DNA from: Octopus sinensis
Lineage: Eukaryota
Direction: 5' to 3'
NCBI RefSeq assembly: GCF_006345805.1
Contig: NC_043000.1
Location: forward strand, 136,648,001-136,712,000
Length of the DNA: 64,000 bases
The notes under the pieces were generated by a model that was not told the DNA's origin, searched no databases, and saw nothing but the letters and a program-made list of their open reading frames with translations. Both the position numbers and the translations under genes were made by a program. This document shows, piece after piece, positions 1 to 11,937 of the stretch. How positions within the stretch are numbered: the first letter of the stretch is position 1; every line of letters begins with the position of its first letter.

Positions 1-152
1 CCCCATAACTTAGCGGTTTCGGCAAAAGTGACCAATAGAATAAGTACTAGGCTTATAAAGAATAAGTCCTGGGGTCGATTTGTTCGACTAAAGGCAGTGC
101 TCCAGCATGGCCCCAGTCAAATGACTGAAACAAGTAAAAGAGTAAAAGAGTA
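1..152 (+). mobile_element. SINE family A, 3' part (truncated by window edge)
   Basis: Matches the 3' half of the copies at 5319, 20189 and 39651 (CTTAGCGGTTCGGCAAAAG...GCTCCAGCATGGCC...GAAACAAGTAAAAGAGTAAAAGAG). Confidence 0.85.
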
Positions 153-689
153 TATCAAAAATAGTAATTCTGATTTTCCTGCAGCTTCACTCTTTTACTT
201 GTAAATTCCTTGGGTTGCAGTCATGCTGAATCACCATCTTTGTATTGTTAATCAACCAAATTAGCCCCGGTATTTATTTCAAGCTTGCCAATTATTCTAT
301 CATACACTTTTGCTAAACCACTAATTTACATGTAAGTAATCAAGCCAAAGCCAGTTGTCAATTAGTAGTGTTATATCGCAATACTACACAGTGGCTGTGT
401 ATGCTACGAAATCCTCGTCACCACTGTTATGTCGCACGTTCGGATGCCTCTATTACTCAACTCGACTCTCTACTAATACCATACTCTATTCTAGTCTTAC
501 TACTACTCTACTAACATCTAGGCTTCTCCCTCTATATCTATGTATTGGGCTAGCCTGCTTCATCGTTTGGGGTTGTCCACACAACAAGTGGGAAGACAAA
601 CACAAACATGCACACACATATACACACATATACATATATGCATAAACATACATACACACACACACACACACACCCACCACACATATAAT

Positions 690-836
690 TAATGGGCTTC
701 CCCACAGTTTCCATCTCTTTGATTTATTTATTCAAAAGGTTTTTATCAACCTGGGTTTAAAACAGAAGAAACTTATCTAAGGTGTAACACTGGGACTGAA
801 TCCAAGACCATATAGTTACGGAAAGAAATTCTCGGC
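690..836 (-). mobile_element. SINE family A, decayed 5' half
   Basis: Degenerate reverse complement of the family A head (GGGACTGAA..CC..GACCAT..GGTT..GAAAG). Confidence 0.45.
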
Positions 837-855
837 CAGTCTGTCATACCAGTAC

Positions 856-2647
856 ATGTCAACATCTGTAATTTTAATGTCCACAGTTTTATTAGAATAT
901 GTCATTCTAGTGACTATAGAGTTATGAAAATTGGCTGCTTTTGGAAACCCAGACTTGACATAATTTAGAAATTTAATGATCCCAGAAGTGTGAGGGTTGG
1001 CAATTTTCAATTAAGATCCAGTTCCAACAAATATGAAAAAATGCAACATTCAAATATTATTAGTCTCGGATGCGTCAGAATTGGTAATTTTGATGTTCTG
1101 AAAGTCATATTTTCTAATATTAATGACATCAAACCTGATCTTTTGATAATCTTTTATTCAAACAATTTTTAATTTTGAGAAGTGAAAAACTATTGAAATT
1201 TCAAATCTGATGATGTTGAGCTAATAGAACTTTACACTGACACCAATTAGGATTTATCAGAATCATCAGTTTTCATGATTTTTCAGAACAGTGTATTCTT
1301 GCTGGAATCTTTCATAACATGGAATAAGTTAGAATTTATAACTTCTGTACAACTAGGCTTTTAGAATTTGTAATTTTGTCCACTGATTTGTCGAAAATGT
1401 TAACTCTGGTATGTCAAGCATTTGAAATAACATCAAACATAGATTTTCAATTTTGATGACTCTAGAAGGTTTAGGAGTTAAAATGTTTATAATCGCAAAT
1501 TTGACAGAATTCTCAATATTCACTGAGACCACAAATATCTAATATTGCATTTTTTTTTATAAAGCATTAACGACATTAAATCTATTGAAGTGTGTAAGTC
1601 AATTACTCAGATTTTTTTGCTTGTATTTTTAGCCAATATAGACATACTAAAACAGGTGTATTTAATGTAATCTTGGTTTGTTAGAATTGTGAATTTTGAT
1701 AGTATACAACTGCCTGAATATTACATCACAATAATTTTATCATTTTGAGTATCTCTCAAACATTTTGATGTCTTCAACTTTGAATAAGCTGTTATTTCAG
1801 GAATTTGTAATTTTGAGGAATATAATATTGATAGAATTGTAATTATAGCTATTGAAAAATTTGTTGTTATTTTTATATCTAAGAAACAGTCATTGAGATC
1901 TGTCTGAATTGTTGATTTGTCTTGATGACAATATTGTGAAGTTTCGTGGCTAAACATAGCATTTATGAAATAATATAATTTTAATGTTTTGTAGCAGGCA
2001 TTTTTGTTTTGTGGCTTTCCCAAAACCTTGGGATTTTAGTCCACAAATAATTTTACTTCAGAGTTGAATATTTTCAACAAAAGCTCTTTAATATATGGGA
2101 ATAATAAATTTTATTTTAGAATGGGAGCTTACATTATATTTATTGTTTTACCTTAGTTCAACTCTAAAATGAAGAAACCTTTGATCCAAAGCATTCTATC
2201 CATAATTGTCATTTTCTTCATTTTCAGAGAATGTATCTATATCTACATTACAGAATTTATCCAACATTTTGAAAGATTATTATTGTATGAAATATATTTA
2301 GTTACTTTTTCTCATAGATTAAGTTACCACTGGTATGTTACATCCTAAAGATTGGTCATAAGTTAGATTCAGTCCAGTTGTTCAATTATAAAGGTGAAGA
2401 CATTTGACTCATTAAGCACAACTTACTAATGAAAATATTAAAAATTGATGGGATTTGCAATTGTTCATTTGTATATGTATTTTTCTTAGATTTTAAATAT
2501 AAAATCAATCGTTTTAAGGATTTAGCTAGGAGAGAAGCACTACAACTTTCACTGTGGCAAGCCTTACAAGATTATATAGAGATTAATGCAGTCAATGTTC
2601 AGCATAAACAACTGCACACCAGCGTCAATGGTAAAACACATGAGTAA
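856..2647 (+). pseudogene. Possible heavily decayed LRR / Toll-like receptor gene
   Basis: Stop-riddled translation shows, in order: hydrophobic N-terminus (MSTSVILMSTVLLEYVILV, 856), LRR-like segments (LEL*ILIVYNCLNITSQ*FYHFEYL; LKNLLLFLYLRN), PKPWDFS resembling the LRRCT NPWxC motif (~2020), a TM-like helix SILSIIVIFFIFRECIYIY (ORF 2169-2348), then YEIYLVTFSH and LSLWQAL, loosely TIR-like. Manual reading only. Confidence 0.35.
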
Positions 2648-2659
2648 GAATGAAATTAT

Positions 2660-3150
2660 ATTCAGGGAAGAGTTGGGAGGGCAGTTATTAGAGGACCTGG
2701 GGTGAGAGAAATACAGAATGAGCAATGAGAGGAGGAGAGGTGAGCCTGTTGGGTAGGCTTAGGCTGGAATGCAAATACTTATCTCTAAAGTATAGAGGCC
2801 ATTGTAATATCAGAGTAGGAGACACAATATTCACTGGGTGGAGATTACTGGTGACTGAGTATTTACCAATTAATTGTCCTAGTATTATTTTTTGATACAA
2901 TTCAAGATGTTTTCTATGTAATATCTGCTCCATCTAAGATATGAGAGCAGCATTTAGGTGTGGATCTCACTTAAGATTTGTAGAGATTAAGTAACTGCTC
3001 GGACCTAAAGTATTTTCTTATCCCGTAGAAGAAAACTAGTCTATGATATATTGCTTTTACAGTATCATAAATAGGAGATCTCAGAAAGATAAACAGTAAT
3101 TGCCAGGACTTGCATTCGTAGAGGCTTTCAGGATTTCAATTGTCCATTGT
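2660..3150 (-). mobile_element. CR1/Crack-like LINE ORF2 C-terminal remnant
   Basis: Minus-strand translation KYFRSEQLLNLYKS*VRSTPKCCSHILDGA resembles the post-RT LYKxxVRPxxEYCSHIW motif; frameshifts follow. Confidence 0.55.
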
Positions 3151-3467
3151 CCAAGACTAGAGACGGTTATTTAGAATAAACTTCAGCAAAACTAAATATT
3201 CTTAGATTATAAATATACTAAGAATTAGTTCTAATGATGTGAGGCATTTTACTTATTTAGTTGTGGTTAAACAGTTTCTTAATTTTAATATAAAATTTTC
3301 ATGTAACAATATTTAGTATAAGTCTTAGACAATAGACTATAAACAATATCTACTTTCTACTTTATATATCTTGTCCATCAGTAAGTTTCAATAAGTTCTT
3401 GATTATTTGCACATGAATTTTACTTCACATCTTCGTACCTGATCAAAGTAATTTAAGCTGGTGTTTG

Positions 3468-3470
<3 letters not shown>

Positions 3471-3507
<37 letters not shown>
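3471..3507. repeat. (CA)n microsatellite
   Basis: Direct inspection. Confidence 0.95.
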
Positions 3508-3509
<2 letters not shown>

Positions 3510-4291
3510 CACATATATGTATTTACACACGTATACGTATGTATTTATTCTATTTGAATATTTGTTTTTCTTTTCAGTGAATCTTTTCATTTAAGCATTA
3601 CACAAATATTTCCCTCTATCTTGAATATTCTTAAAACTATATATATATATATTATTGTTTAGATTTGATGTAGTTTTGTTTATATTTTGCGATCGACTTA
3701 AGAGTCGTAAACGTCTCTAAGACATGAATACAAATCTATCAATTCATATGAATTTGGAGTTGTTCCAATAAAAAACAAAATATTTGGAAGTATAAAGAAA
3801 ACAGTGTCATTGAGCAAATGTGGTAAATATGATGGATGAAAAGATTAAAATATAAAAAGAAATGTATTTTACAAACAGCTCATTATTAAAGTTCATTATT
3901 GTAAAGTTATTTACTATTAGGAAAAATTTCTATACAGAATAGTCAGATTAATCTTTGCAATGTCATGAGTTCAATTTTGATGATATTGTCTTAATCTACA
4001 GCGTTAAAAAGCCATCGGTCCACAGTAATATATATTCAATGAACAGATAACCTGACAGCACCTATTTCCTTTCTAGGTACATTCGGCTGTTAGCTTCTCA
4101 GTGAGAAGCTCTTCAACATTTTGAGATTTTTTTTCCTTCATATATGTTGCTCAGTCAGAAAGACAAATGTAGTAGAACGATTTAGTTGCTGACTAGCCAA
4201 CAATGAGACTTACATAGTACTAAAAGTAGCTATATTGCACAATAGGGATGAAGATATAACTCTAGTTCCTTCTATCTATTTGGCTAATTAT

Positions 4292-4803
4292 TTGAAGTAA
4301 TTTCCTGAAGGCGGTGAGCTGGCAGAAGCGTTAGTGCTTATCGGTATTTCCTCTGCCATTACGTTCTGAGTTCAAATTCTACTGAGGTCGACTTTGCCTT
4401 TCATCCTTTCGGGGTTGATTAAATAAGTACCAGTTACGCACTGGGATCGATATAACCAACTTAATCCATTTGTCTGTCCTTATTTGTCTTTTCTGTGTTT
4501 AGCCCCTTGTGGGTAGTAGAATTTGAACTCAGAACGTAACGGCAGATGAAATACCTATTTCTTTATTACCCACAAGGGGCTAAACACAGAGGGGACAAAC
4601 AAGGACAGACATAGGTATTAAGTCGATTATATCGACCCCAGTGTGTAACTGGTACTTATTTAATCAACCCCGAAAGGATGAAAGGCAAAGTCGACCTCAG
4701 AAGAATTTGAACTCGGAATGTAACGGCAGATGAAATACTGATAAGCATTTTGCCGGTGCACTAATGCTTCTGCCAGCTCACCGCCTTCAGGAAATTACTT
4801 CAA
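4292..4803. mobile_element. SINE family B tail-to-tail inverted pair forming a ~510-bp palindrome
   Basis: Plus copy from 4308 (AAGGCGGTGAGCTGGCAGAA...) and minus copy ending near 4787. The flanking TTGAAGTAATTTCCTG is also inverted-repeated. Confidence 0.9.
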
Positions 4804-5318
4804 TTCTTCTGTAAATTCCTCTGCTGAATAAGTTTCATTTTCAGAAAAGAAACAAGGGGTATAGAATTAAAAGTTTACTCCCAGTTTCAACAATTAGGCA
4901 AATGAGTCATCAAATGGGCCTCTGTGTAGTCACTTGACATTCTACTAATAGTAGACAAATGTACCTCAAATCACACCCTACAGCCTTAAGCAAAAAGTAA
5001 GAATGCATTGGATAATGTAGTCTCAATATGCATAAAGATAGGATGATCCATAGCAGTTAATTTTTCATCATAAGCTTACTTGATCAGGACTGACCTGGGG
5101 ATTAAATAACAAAGTCAACAACATATAAGCAGGTAAGTTCAAACAGAAAAGCAGAAGAATATTGTTTTAGTTTTCCTTATAAGTTTTCAACTGTGTCTTC
5201 TAATATAGATACAAAGCAAAGTTAATATTGGTAGGATATCCCAGGTAACTAATTATTAGTATTATAAATAAAATCTTGACAAAATTAATTTAATTTCTCA
5301 TGGCTTTTTTCCCTATGT

Positions 5319-5722
5319 AGGCGTAGGAGAGGCTTGTGGTAAGTAGCTTGCTTATGAACCACATGGTTCTAGGTTCAGTCCCACCGCATGGCACCTTGGG
5401 TAAGTGTCGTCTACTCTAGCCTCGGGCTGACCAAAGCCTTGTGAGTGCATTTGGTAGACGGAAACTGAAAGAAGCCTGTTGTATATATGTATATATGTAT
5501 ATATATATGTATGTATGTTTGTGTGTCTGTGTTTGTCCCTCCAATGTCATTTGAGAACCGGTGCTGGTGTGTTTACATCCCCATAACCTAGCGGTTCGGC
5601 AAAAGAGACCGATAGAATAAGTACTAGGCTTACAAAGTCCTGGGGTCGATTTGCTCAACTAAAGGTGGTGCTCCAGCATGGCCACAGTCAGATGACTGAA
5701 ACAAGTAAAAGAGTAAAAGAGT
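5319..5722 (+). mobile_element. SINE family A, full length (tRNA-like head, CORE-like ACCTTGGG(C/T)AAGT segment, internal TA/TG microsatellite)
   Basis: Collinear with four other copies in the window; ends in (GTAAAAGA)2. Confidence 0.9.
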
Positions 5723-6172
5723 ATCATTTACATATAATGCATAAGACAAATCAATGAGAGGGTTTTTATGTGATCTTTAGAGCTGCTAAAATTAGCAAGC
5801 AAATCTATTGCATAGTTCACCTAATCATCTAAATAGACTTCAAATACTGGGCAAAGTAGTGTTAAATACCATATGCCAGAGAAGCAGATGGGATGACTGC
5901 AGGTAAGATAACAAATGAATGATGAAAATTGAGATGGATTTGATTGCTATTTTTAGCAGGTCAGCCAACCACATAGAATTTTCCACATGAGCTCCTGGTC
6001 TAAATCTCTGTTGTGACTTGAAAAACATGATATGTGAATTAGTGATATAAAGGGTTAGTCTTTCTACTATTTTTGAGGGTGTACATAGGAACTGGATGGG
6101 TCCATAGAATACTTCATATGTTCAAAGAAACATATGGTCTAATAATACATCTAGCTGAAATCTAAAACTTAC

Positions 6173-6250
6173 CGTTCTGCATGAAACTGGTGTTAAAATC
6201 TTCATGCAGGTAGCATAACACAGAACCTTTACACAAAGGTATTCCAGATT
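6173..6250 (-). CDS. Candidate 78-nt exon (unverified)
   Basis: Acceptor ...ataactttag, donor CG/GTAAGT. Open in two phases, e.g. (E)SGIPLCKGSVLCYLHEDFNTSFMQN. No homology known. Confidence 0.2.
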
Positions 6251-6472
6251 CTAAAGTTATGGCAGTGAGCACATAAATAGGGACCAGGGTTGGTACCAAA
6301 TAAATTTTAATTCATTCTATTTTGTTTGGCTTTTGTACTATCAAAAGCTTAACTAATGAGTTACTTTTGTTTCAGAAAACAAGTGTAATACTGTTGGGTA
6401 TCCTGTATATGTGACAATCATCATGCATGGTTTTACTGTGTCATTATCATCCTCTGATCGATAGAATGTTAA

Positions 6473-6692
6473 CCCTTTTGTTACTGTATTTATTTGGAGA
6501 TGCTCTGTGTTTCTTTCAATTATTTTAGATATAACAAAGAATTTAGTAAAATAACTTAGTTATCATTAAGCTAGTGTTAGGAACATAAATTGTGACTAAG
6601 GTCTGGTGGAAGACTTTAATTCAAAACTTATGAAAATGAGACATTTGTACTCAGAGTCAGAGGCGGTTTCAGCCAGGTTGGTATCGAAAGGG
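6473..6692. mobile_element. piggyBac-like MITE
   Basis: TTAA at 6469-6472 and 6693-6696 flank termini CCCTTTTGTTAC...GTATCGAAAGGG (imperfect TIRs); no ORF. Confidence 0.8.
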
Positions 6693-7974
6693 TTAAAGTG
6701 ACCATGTTTTCTATGGTCCTTAGTTCTACCTTCTGTGCAGCCACAGCAGCTGTGGTACTGCCACAAACCATAAAACCAAAAGAGGGGATGAGTGTAATTG
6801 TCTCCATATCCTCAGCTCACAAGAGATAGCAACATGGTATTCCTTAGAAAATACCTATAATAGCTTTCCTAAGCTATTCTAAAAATAAGCATGATATAAG
6901 CTCTCAAATAAAAGGAAAAAGAAACTTTTACTCGCCTTATCTTGCTTGATGAAAGTAAATTCTATGCAGATGTTTTATTGCTGCGTAGTACAAAAGTTTA
7001 TGAAACAATTATGTCCGTTTATTTAGCAAAAGACAGACACAACACCAAAGTTCAATGGCCTCAGAGCCTGACAAAATCTCAAACATTTCAACCCTGAAGA
7101 AAATTTTCCACTTACTAATATCCATAATTATAACACATCTCAACACTTCTCTTAAAAACAGAAGAGTCACGATGAAAAATGTCATCCTAGAGGCACAAAA
7201 ATAAAAAAAAATGGGTGACAGACCGAATATCTTTGATTATTAATCTGCTCAATCAGTGATGACCTGAGGCTGTACAACAACAACAATTACTATTGCTATT
7301 ACTTCTACTTCTATTGCCGCTACTGCCATTAATGATGATGATGCTGATGCTACAAGATTCACTCGATCTATCATAAATAGCAGCTAAATCACATTTACTT
7401 ATCTTAAAGAAGCTCACATATCCAGTCACATAAAAAGGCTGTCACATAAAATGGCAAAGCAAGTAACTCTGAAATGCCTTTGCACATAAGTCAGCTTGAT
7501 TTGGACTGAAATGCTAATAAGATGTACTACTAATATGAAGAACTCTGAAATACTCAAAATAGAGAAAATTGGTCAAAAGCATCACAAAACTTAAGCCTTG
7601 CTAAATATAGAAGTAATGAAGTATTATATGGACCCGTCCAGTTCCTATGTACACCCTCAAAAATAGAAGAAAGACTAACCCTTTATATCACTAATTCAGA
7701 TATTACGTTTTTCAAGTCATAACAGAGATTTAGACCAGGAGCTCACGCGGAAAATTGTATGTGGTTGGCAGAGCTGCTAAAAAGAGCAATCAAATCCAAC
7801 TCAAATCACACACTTCTGTCTTTAAGTGTAGGAAATATTGGATAACATAGAACAATGACCACCATGTTCTTTTCCTATGTGCAGTGAGTTAAGTGGAGTG
7901 CTAAAAGCACTATCTAAGCATGATCATTGCCAGAGCAGCAAACTGGCTTCCATGCTGGCAGCACATGAAAAAGC

Positions 7975-8314
7975 ATAATTCGAGTGTAATCGTTACCAGT
8001 GTCACCTTACTGGCATTTGTGCCGGTGGTATGTGAAAAAACATTCGAGCGAGGCCATTGCCAGTACCACTGGACTCGCTCCTGTGCAAGTGGCATGTAAA
8101 AATCACCATTTGAGTGTGGCCATTGCAAGTACTACTTGACTGGCCCTCGTGCCAGTGGCATGTAAAAGCACCCACTACACTCTCGGAGTGGTTGGCGTTA
8201 GGAAGGGCATCAAGCTGTAGAAACTCTGCCAGATCAGATTGGAACCCCGTTGCAGCCATCTGGTTCACCAGTTCTCAGTCAAATCGTCCAACCCATGGAC
8301 AATGGACGTTAAAC

Positions 8315-8348
<34 letters not shown>

Positions 8349-8349
8349 G
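7975..8349 (+). mobile_element. Family C element (RTE-type 3' tail ending in (GAT)n)
   Basis: Conserved GTGGTTGGCGTTAGGAAGGGCATC...CGTTAAACGATGATGAT tail shared by more than ten copies. Confidence 0.85.
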
Positions 8350-8847
8350 TAGTCTTGTCATTATTATCAATTTATTCTTATCAACATTTTCTCCTTTTCA
8401 TACACTTTTGCATCATTATAATTTTTTGCCTCGTTCACATTTTCTTTGAAAAAGTTATTTGAAACAAAACATTTCCTATTTTTTAGAATATACACCAAAA
8501 CATAACAATTATATTTCTGATGGACAATTTATGATTCTGTTTTGTTTGCTTAAGAGGTGTGTTGCAGAAATTTAAGATATTCTTTGAATCTGTTGTATTA
8601 GTGAATCTATATGAAATAATGCAATATTTAAATCTACATTGACTGAAGAATAACAAATAGTTTCAGCTGGAAGGCATGAATATACTATAGAAATTCTAGC
8701 TCAAGGCTGTATATAATCTTTGAAAACTGTTGCCTGAAGACGTAGCAAATTCAGAGAAAATCTTGCTAGCATATTTAAATAGATAGATGGAAAGAGACGT
8801 AAATATGAGTTAGATAAACAAGCAAATATGCAGCAAGAGAAGAGTAA

Positions 8848-8887
<40 letters not shown>

Positions 8888-9069
8888 AGGCATGCAATCA
8901 TGGAAATAAAGAATAAAAAAGAAAAATTGAAATATACATAAAAACAATTCAAACATATGTATATGGGTAGATAGAAAATATACAGCTTCTCCTCTCATTC
9001 TTCCTCTGTCTTTCTCTCTCATTCTCTCTCTCTCTCTCTCTCTTTATAATGCACATACATAAGAAGCAC

Positions 9070-9096
9070 ACGCATACACATATATATGTGTGTATA

Positions 9097-9135
<39 letters not shown>

Positions 9136-9245
9136 TATATATATGTGTGTGTGTGTGTATGTGTGTGTGTAACTAGGTATATATATATATACATGTACAT
9201 ATGTACTTCCATTTATATATATGTATATATATGTATGTATATATG

Positions 9246-9294
<49 letters not shown>

Positions 9295-9305
9295 ATATAT
9301 ATATG
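9070..9305. repeat. Compound (TA)/(TG) microsatellite
   Basis: Direct inspection; source of the YIYI ORFs. Confidence 0.95.
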
Positions 9306-9696
9306 GGTCAAGGAACATTCGTTGAAAATACAATAGAAGAAAGTATATTGTCAGAAAGACAAATTAACAGAAAGACATAGTCTTAGGAAAACAAACTAGT
9401 CGAAAGACAAAATAATCGAGATATCAGTTGAAGAAATGGCAGAATATTTTAGGAAATTTTGTATCTAATTTTCTCAAATGCAATGGTTTATCGACATTTT
9501 TTAATCAACTGTCATAATACTTGTAATGTCAAAATAAGACAGAGTTTAAAATAAGACAGAGTTTAAAATACAAGAAATGCACGAAAATATATATGATTTA
9601 TATATAGTATATGTAATATATAATATAATATAATAAAATATAATATAATATTATATTATATTATATTATATTATATTATATTATATATATATATAG

Positions 9697-10031
9697 GGCA
9701 ACCTGCTGTGCTTCAGGAATCTATTGAGTCAAGTACATCAACATCAAAATAAAAATCAAATGGAAATTGTAGTTGTGATACCTGTGCCAATGGCACGTAA
9801 AAAGCACCAACTGATCGTGACTGCTGCCAGCCTCACCTGGCACCTGTGCTGGTGGCATGTAAAAAAGCACCCACTACACTCATGGAGTGGTTGGCGTTAG
9901 GAAGGGCATCCAGCTGTAGAAACACTGCCAGATCAGATTGGAGCCTGGTGCAGCTTCCTGGCTTCCCAGACCCCGGTCAAACCGTCCAACCCATGCTAGC
10001 ATGGAAAACGGATGTTAAACTATGATGATGA
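9697..10031 (+). mobile_element. Family C element inserted in a (TA)n tract
   Basis: Same tail; ATATATATATAG on both sides. Confidence 0.85.
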
Positions 10032-10076
10032 TATATATATATATAGTGCAGCTGCAGTGAAAATATATATTGGATG

Positions 10077-10454
10077 GAAGCACTCCTTCGGTTACGACGA
10101 TGAGGGTTCTGGTTGATCCGATCAACGGAACAGCCTGCTCGTGAAATTAACGTGTAAGTGGCTGAGCACTCCACAGACAGTGTACCCTTAACGTAGTTCT
10201 CGGGGATATTCAGCGTGACACAGAGAGTGACAAGGCTGGCCCTTTGAAATACAGGTACAACATAAACAGGAAGTAAGAGTGAGAGAAAGTTGTGGTGAAA
10301 GAGTACAGCAGGGATCACCACCATCCCTGCCGGAGCCTCGTGGAGCTTTAGATGTTTTCGCTCAATAAACACTCACAACGCCCGGTCTGGGAATCGAAAC
10401 CGCAATCCTACGACTGCGAGTCTGCTGCCCTAACCACTGGGCCATTGCGCCTCC
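10077..10454 (-). mobile_element. SINE family D (tRNA-Arg-like head)
   Basis: Minus-strand head GGAGGCGCAATGGCCCAGTGGTTAGGGCAGCAGACTCGCAGTCG...TTCGATTCCC with A/B boxes and a TCG anticodon-like triplet; collinear with copies at 33585 and 50195. Confidence 0.85.
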
Positions 10455-10963
10455 CGAAAATATATATTATATCAGTAAATGTATATCCAACAAAATACTT
10501 TGGGAACAAGCAAAAATGCAAACAAGTGATATGACCAACATGTATTCCCTCCTCAGAAAATAACTCAAGACACAAAATTATGTCATCTCTATTTATTGAC
10601 TAAACTAGACTCCTAGAGTTGCTGCATTCTTCAGCAGAAACTGCCAAAAGTGATTAATCCTTGATTGGTCAGATTTAGACATGTGATATACAAAATGAAC
10701 TATGCAATGGTGAGTAGGTTTTATAAGTTCAGGATTGGATGATTTAATAAGAGTCAACTTCAGTTATGAAAAGTATTCATGCAATGTGCAAAACCAATCA
10801 GAATGTGGGAGGCAATTTTTGTGGGTTTTAACTAAGAATGAATGTCCACTTTAGAAGACATTAAAAAAATGCCCACACAATATATTCAGATGCACTGCTT
10901 CCATCATTGCATTCTTGTGCTAAATGTTATTATGGAAGTTCATAACCGAAAATGAAGAAAGTG

Positions 10964-10965
<2 letters not shown>

Positions 10966-11007
<42 letters not shown>

Positions 11008-11262
11008 GCTTAACGTCCCCTTTCCATGCTAGCATGGGTTGGACGATTTGAGTGAGGGCTGGCGAACCAGATGGCTGCACCAGTCTTAAATCTTGATCTG
11101 GCAGAGTTTCTACAGCTGGATGCCCTTCCTAATGCCAACCCCTCCGAGAGTGTAGTGGGTGCTTTTACGTGCCAGTCAGGCGGTACTACTGGCAATGACC
11201 TCGCTTGAATCTTTTACACATGCCACCGGCACAGGTGCCTGTAAGGCGACACTGGTATGATC
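10966..11262 (-). mobile_element. Family C element
   Basis: (CAT)n followed by the reverse complement of the conserved tail. Confidence 0.85.
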
Positions 11263-11800
11263 ACTAAAAGGATTTAATATAATGGATTTAATTATAACGG
11301 AAACAGAAGCATTGATTTCAAAAACAGCAGGTGATGTGAAATATGAGGTTAGACACCATATCATGCAAACTGCTAGAGACAACACAAAGAAACTCTTCAT
11401 GATGATCCTAGCTTAATGATCCAAAGTATTATTCTTCGTGTAGTTTATACTATATTTTTCATCATCAGTCCAAGTAGTATGAAAGTACCAGTGAGGAGGA
11501 ATTGTTTTTGCCATATATGGGGGCGATTATCATAGCACCTCATCAGAATGAAACAAGCCGTTGACAGTTATTTAGTGTCTTTTATAAGAATGGCTTCAGT
11601 AAACTGCAGCTGTTATGGTTAAGATGAGATCAATCATGTTCAGAACAAATGAATTCGGATAGAAAAACTAATGCCTTCCATACAGCATAATTCAAAAGGG
11701 ACTGAAAGTCAACAGATACACAGCATGTGTTATTAACCATCTTTAAGATCTCAATTCTAAGAAACAAAATTCTTCAAACACTTATTTATAGATGTTTTCG

Positions 11801-11937
11801 ATCTAGTTGTATTCTTTGCCATCAAATTTGAATTCTTTGCAATCAAATTTGTTTGCAAAGAATTCAAATTTGATTGCAAAGAATTCAAATTTGATGGCAA
11901 AGAATTCAAATTTGATGGCAAAGAATCCAAACTAGAT
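11801..11937. repeat. 21-bp tandem units arranged head-to-head (foldback)
   Basis: Two units ATTCTTTGC(C/A)ATCAAATTTGA, then about four units of the reverse complement; outer ATCTAG/CTAGAT also pair. Confidence 0.9.

Larger units (their letters stand above)
5929..7803. repeat. Inverted repeat pair (5929-6117 and 7614-7803, ~190-bp arms)
   Basis: GATTTGATTGCTATTTTTAGCAG...GGTCCATAGAATACTTCAT aligns with the reverse complement of 7614-7803 with scattered mismatches. Confidence 0.85.

Noticed and set aside
1721-2023. 100-aa minus-strand ORF
   Set aside because: No recognisable motif; it overlaps the plus-strand LRR-like signal and is likely its shadow.
10380-10454. tRNA-Arg gene (also the heads at 33890-33966 and 50430-50500)
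   Set aside because: The tRNA-like sequence is the head of a SINE, continues into a shared body and lacks a proper acceptor stem.
11292-11415. Penelope ORF N-terminal fragment (LIITETEALISKTAGDVKYEVRHH)
   Set aside because: The resemblance is from memory, short, and without supporting adjacent RT motifs.
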